DNA of 64,000 nt from Eledone cirrhosa. Taxonomy: Eukaryota. Below are positions 58,370-64,000 of the stretch, one piece after another. Made by a program: the position numbers and the translations under genes. The DNA lies in contig OZ024755.1 of assembly GCA_964016885.1 (NCBI GenBank), forward strand, positions 16,182,001-16,246,000, written 5' to 3'. The notes beneath the pieces are model-generated. The model was not told the DNA's origin. It searched no databases and saw only the letters and a list, made by a program, of their open reading frames with translations. How positions within the stretch are numbered: the stretch's first letter is position 1; every line of letters begins with the position of its first letter.

Positions 58370-58655
58370 GCATTCTCGTCGTTTGGTCAACGGAAAAAAG
58401 ACTGCTCGTCAAACTAACATGCAAGTGGCTGAGCAATACCCTGCCATGTGTATCCTTATTTCGTTCTCAGGGAGATTCTGCATAACACAGTGTATGACTA
58501 GCCCGACTCATGGGATTGCAGGCACAGCACATTTTTACCTGCTGAGTAGGCCGGAACGATGTGAGATAAAGCGTCTTGTTAAAGGACACAATTTGGCTCG
58601 AACTCACGACATTGCGATCGTGAGTCAAACTCCCTAACCACTAAGCCACACAGGA
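58370..58655 (-). mobile_element. CORE-like SINE family copy
   Basis: Minus strand tgtggcttagtggttagggagtttgactcacgatcgcaatgtcgtgagttcgagcc...ttgtgtcctttaacaagacgc. Confidence 0.72.
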
Positions 58656-59446
58656 GTCGCGAGTAAGGTGAGCAACACATCTATTTATCTTCTGTCTCGT
58701 TATCAAAAACTACTTGTTGTCAAACAACAACACATCCTCTAACTTAACAACACATCAATAAGAACAATACAACAATAGATCAACAACAACAACAAGATAT
58801 GCGACAAACAACACGTAAGGCGGCAACAGCAGCAACAACATAACAATAACAACAAACATATAACAACAAAAAGACATGACAAACAACAATAACGCAACAA
58901 CAAAAACAGCAACAACAATAATGGCAACAGTTTAATAAAAAATGGGAGTAACAAGACAACAATAACAACACATACAGCAACAATAACAACAATAACAAAA
59001 GTCTACAAACAATCAATCAACAAACAGCAATATCCGGATGAAGAAGAAAACAAGAATTTTAAAAAAATAACAATTTTTTTTTTTAACGAAAAGTTTTTTT
59101 AATGTTTAAAAAAATACACGAAAATAAAATAAAAATCCCTGGAAATAAAGAAAAACCAACAACAAAATGAAATAAAACAGAAATAGGAGAAAATTGAAAG
59201 CCAAGGACATACTGTGTGGTTAAGGAGTTCGTTGTAACCATAAGGTTCTAGGTTCAATCTCAGAGATAGGTCGTTAATGAGTTCATTGTTTTACGATCGT
59301 TTCAGAGAGTCGATTGATTGTGGAAGATCGATGTATTGACTAGCATGGTAGTGGGTTACGTTATTACCTATTTCTAGTCTGGAAATTCTTGTTTGATCGA
59401 CCATCTTCTTTAGAAACACACACACACACACACACTCTCTCTCTCC

Positions 59447-59537
<91 letters not shown>

Positions 59538-59539
59538 AC

Positions 59540-59723
59540 AAACAAAGTGTGGTAAGAAACCAGGTGAAACATAACGCACCAGAGTACTCGATACTTAGGG
59601 TGGGTAATAGGAAAAGAGTCAGGGCCATGACGGCTGTGCTCCGGCCTTTCAACATCTAGATCCGAACGCTCAGATTTAGCTGTCGAAACGGCCAGAGCTC
59701 AGCCGTCGAGGTCCTGACTCCTT

Positions 59724-59728
<5 letters not shown>
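59540..59728 (-). mobile_element. Family F fold-back element, more diverged
   Basis: Same tail and hairpin; tagctgtc-GAAA-cggccagagctcagccg-TC-gaggtcc on the right arm. Confidence 0.8.
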
Positions 59729-59761
<33 letters not shown>

Positions 59762-59764
<3 letters not shown>

Positions 59765-59968
59765 TAGTAACACAACAGTAAGTTCACCATACCGAGAACA
59801 ATTGTTTCACCTTATGCGGATCTTCAGCTGAGTCCGAACTGAAGATCCGCATAAGGTGAAACAATTGTTCTCGGTATGGTGAACTAACTGTTGTGTGACT
59901 ACTTCTACCAAACTCGTCCCATGGACTGAGTGCTCTACCACTACGGATATTACCTTCCAGTGTTCTAC

Positions 59969-59972
<4 letters not shown>
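59762..59972 (+). mobile_element. Fold-back element with back-to-back hammerheads (family G)
   Basis: 66-bp arms 59762-59827 and 59839-59904; each reads CTGAAGA-t-cc-gcataa-gg-t-GAAA-caattg-TT-ctcgg; unique tail to 59972. Confidence 0.78.
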
Positions 59973-60000
<28 letters not shown>

Positions 60001-60884
60001 TTATATATATATATGCGTGTGTGTGTATGTGTGTGCGTATATATATATATGTGTGTGTGTACGTTTGTGTCTGTGTTTATATGTCTCGTAATATAGCGAG
60101 CTATACGACAAAAAAGCGATCGATAAAGTAAGTACCCGACTTGCTAAAACAAAATTAAGCACTGGGGGATGGGGTCGATATGATCGACTGAATCAAAGCG
60201 GTGCCCCAGCATGGCCACGACTGTCTAATGACTGAAACGAGTAAAAGAATATAAAAACAAAATCGATCAAACAACTTCTCTCTCTCTCACCCCTGTCTGT
60301 CTTCCCTCTCTCCATCTTTCTCTCCTCCCTCTCCCTCTCCCCCCGCCCCCTCCTCCTCTCTTTCTTTCCAGGAAAACAAGAAATAGCGCTAAGTTGAACA
60401 ATTAGTCTGTTCTATATTGTACAAAGACGACATAGAACGGAAATATGGGGGGGAGTAGGATGATGGAGGGAGGATGAGGATGAGAAGTATGGGAGGGGGG
60501 ATGCGGGGGGTGGAAGTGTGAGGAGGGGGAGGAAGATGAATTGGGGAGGAGGAAGGGGTGGAGGAGGACGGGGTAGAGGAGGAGGAAGGGGAGGAGGAGA
60601 AAACGGCATTTTCTTTTTTTTATGAATGACTTCAAAAAAAACATGTCTACATCTTTTATCTTATTTCTCCTCCTCCTCCACCTCTCCACCCCCTCCTCCC
60701 TTACCTCCTCCATCATTATCATCACCCTCGTCACACCCCCCATTTCTCTTCCACTTCCTCCTGCTACTCTACCTCATACAACCACCTCACTCCTCCTACT
60801 TCGACACCATTCCTCCTCCAGCATCAACACCCTCTCACACCACCCCTCCCACTCCGCCACCACTATTCCCCCTCCCCCTCTTTC

Positions 60885-61400
60885 ACCACTCCTACTCCTC
60901 CTCCAGTATCACCACCCTCTCTCGCCACCACCACCACCATTACTACCTCCATCCCTCTCCCCACTCCATTACCCCCTCCTCCTACAGCATCACCACCCTC
61001 TCCCACTACCACCATTACCACCTCCATCCCTCTCCCCACTCCATTACCCCCTCCTCCTACAGCATCACCACCCTCTCCCACCACCACCACCACTACCACT
61101 TCCATCCCTCTTCCCACTCCATTACCCCATCCTCCTACAGCATCACCACACTCTCCTACCACCACTACCACCACCACCATCACCACTACTACCTCCATCC
61201 CTCTCCTCACCCTACTCCATTACCCCCTCCTCCTACAGCATCACCACACTCTCCCACCACCACCACCATCACCACTACTACCTCCATCCCTCTCCTCTCC
61301 CTACTCCATTACCCCCTCCTCCTACAGCATCACCACACTCTCCCACCACCACTACCACCACCACCACCACCATCACCACTACTACCTCCATCCCACTACA
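60885..61400. repeat. C-rich 60-75 bp minisatellite
   Basis: actccattaccccctcctcctacagcatcaccac repeated. Confidence 0.88.
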
Positions 61401-61627
61401 ACCCCTCGCACTCCGTTATCGCCCCCCCCCCTTCTCCTCTTCTACCCACCACTGTCTGCGGGAGCGGGAGGGAGGGGATATATTCGCGATATACCTGTCA
61501 ATGGTAGAGATTGTTTTATGAAATAAAACGGTTCAAGCGGTTGTTTTGGTGCATAAACTGAGCTGATCTGTACCTTCTGTATAGCGTGTGACATCTGGAC
61601 TTGTGTTCGTAGTAAGATGTTCGGTAT

Positions 61628-61838
61628 AGGTGTGTGTGTGTATCTCTGTGTGAGAGAGCGTGTGTATGTGTACGTGTGTGTGTGTGTGTGTGAGCGTGTG
61701 TAAGTGTGTATGTGTGTGTGAGAGTGTGTGTATGTGTACGTGTGTGTGTGAGCGTATGTATGTGTGTGTGAGAGTGTGTCTCTCTCTCTCTCTCTCTGTG
61801 AGAGAGCATATATGTATGAGTGTGTGTATGTGTATGTA

Positions 61839-61875
<37 letters not shown>

Positions 61876-62498
61876 CTCTGTGTGAGAGAGCGTATGTGTG
61901 TGAGCGTGTGTATGTGTACGTGTGTGTGTATATGTGTGTGAGTGAGTGTGTATATATGTGTGAGTGAGTATGTGTGTGTGTGTGAGAGAGAGAGCGTATG
62001 TAAGTGTGTATGTGTGTGTGTGAGAGAGCGTGTGTGTGAGTGTGTCTCTCTCTCTCTGTGAGAGAGCATATATGTATGAGCGTGTGTATGTGTATGTATG
62101 TGTTTGTGTGTGTGTGTGTGTATCTCTGTGTGAGAGAGCGTATGTGTGTGAGCGTGTGTATGTGTACGTGTGTATGTATGTGTGTGTGAGTGAGTATGTG
62201 TGTGTGTGTGAGAAAGAGAGCGTATGTAAGTGTGTATGTGTGTGTGTGAGAGTGTCTCTCTCTCTATGAGAGAGCGTATATGTATGAGCGTGTGTATGTG
62301 TATGCATGTGTTTGTGTGTGTGTGTATCTGTGTAAGAGAGCGTATGTGAGTGAGCGTGTGTATGTGTGTACGTGTGTGTGTATGTGTGAGTGTGTGTGTG
62401 TGAGAGAGAGAGCGTATGTAAGTGTGTATGTGTGTGTATGAGAGAGCGTGTGTGTCTTTCTGTGAGAGAGCGTATATGTATGAGCGTGTGTATGTGTA

Positions 62499-62547
<49 letters not shown>

Positions 62548-62615
62548 CTATGTGTGTGTATGTGTGTGAGTGTGTGTATGAGAGAGAGCGTATGTGTGTG
62601 TGTATGAGAGTGTGT
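61628..62615. repeat. Complex GT/GA microsatellite with higher-order duplication
   Basis: Blocks such as gtatctctgtgtgagagagcgtatgtgtgtgagcg recur every 230-250 bp. Confidence 0.85.
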
Positions 62616-62819
62616 CCTGAAGTCCAATTGTACCTGTATTCAAAGAAGAAGAATAAGAACAGCAACAACAACAACAACAACAACAACAACTACTACTACT
62701 GCTGCTGCTGCTGCTGCTACAGTAAAATTACGCAAACTATAATATAACAAATGTACACAAGCTTAAGAAATCTTATAATTCTTACGTCTGTCTATATTGC
62801 GTCATACGTTGTGTGTGAG

Positions 62820-63110
62820 TGGGGGTGGGGGATAGGAGAGAGAGAAGGAATGAGAGGGAAGAAGGAAAGGGGGTGGGGAGAAGAGAGGGAAAGACAGGAG
62901 AAAGAGAAAGGTAGAGAGAGAGAAAGAGAGAGAAGGAAAGAGAGAGAGAGAGAGAGAAGGAAAGAGGGGGGAGAGAGAAAGAGAGCGAAAGAAGGTGAGG
63001 AGAAGAGAGGGAGAGACAGGAGAGAGAGAGAGAGTGAGAGAGATAAAAGAGAGAGAAAGGAAATGAAAGAGGGTGGGAGAGAGAGAGAAAGAGAGATTTG
63101 AGAAAGAGAA

Positions 63111-63144
<34 letters not shown>

Positions 63145-63545
63145 AAGAAAGAGACAGATAAAAGGAAGAGAGAGAAAGGGAGAGTAAGTGATGAGGGAAA
63201 AGGGAGATAGAGATATGAGAAAGAGAGGGAGAAAGAAGGGAAAGAGAAAGAGGGGAAGAGAAGGGAGTGAGAGCGAGAAAAGGAGAGAAAGAAGGTGGGG
63301 AGAAGAGAGAGAGAGATTGGATAAAGAGAAAGGGAGAGAGAGAAAGGAAGAAGAAGAGAGTGTGTGTGTGTGTGTGAGAGAGAAACAGAGAGAGAGTGTG
63401 CGTTTGTGTGTGAGAGAGAGTGTGTGTGTGAGAGAGAGAGAGAGAGGGTGAAGAGAGAGAGATTGGATAAAGAGAAAGGGAGAGAGAGAAAGGAAGAAGA
63501 AACGAGAGAGAGAGAGAGTGTGTGTGTGTGTGTGTGTGAGAGATA
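62820..63545. repeat. Purine-rich (GA) low-complexity tract
   Basis: Directly visible. Confidence 0.9.
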
Positions 63546-64000
63546 GAGGTGTTTATTAAAAGGCTAATTAGAAATAATTTTGTGGTGAGGAAGTGTTTTT
63601 AGTGTGGATGGTTTTAGTAGAAATACTTCGACATGAAACGTTGACATGCACCGGACAACAATGCCAGTATAGCTAAGTTCTTATTATTTTTACCCATTTT
63701 TACCCATACAGGATTTGAATTTAGTTGCGACAGACAAATTAACGGAATACTTGTTAATTATTATAGAAGTAAGACTAATTATTGTATTGACAATTACTAA
63801 AACATTGCCGAAGGCGAAGGAGTGGTGAAAACAATAAAAATAAAATAAAAGAGCTGAATTAAAATTGCTTTTAGTATTTAGATAAGTACTTCTATGTTCT
63901 GAAGTTTAAATCCTACGTTTATTATGAAGCTATTAGGGAAAAGGGGACAGTGCCCAATAACATCTTGTATAGGATAATGAGAGATGGTGCGCGGCTTAGT

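Overview
AT-rich, repeat-saturated animal genomic DNA. The repeat spectrum (tRNA-derived Meta-domain SINEs, CORE-like SINEs, RTE LINE debris, very long TA/CA/GA microsatellites) suggests an octopus or other cephalopod genome; this is inference. No host protein-coding gene can be supported, and nearly all long ORFs in the track are microsatellite or minisatellite artefacts. The real coding remnants are all retroelements: two decayed Penelope-like elements (PLE; RT plus GIY-YIG, Naiad-like) at about 16.3-18.0 kb and 20.3-22.9 kb, a CRE-like RLE element at 6.0-6.8 kb, an R4/Dong-like RLE element at 51.8-53.2 kb and several RTE fragments. The most notable hidden layer is non-coding. About 16 type I hammerhead-ribozyme (HHR) motifs (CTGAnGA...GAAA...TH, some degenerate) from at least six sequence families occur here. 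They sit in PLE 3' ends and in many tiny fold-back elements embedded in (TA)n tracts. One five-copy family keeps only the 3' half of a hammerhead and always folds back inside stem II. All structures were read by eye, so boundaries are approximate except where motifs are quoted.
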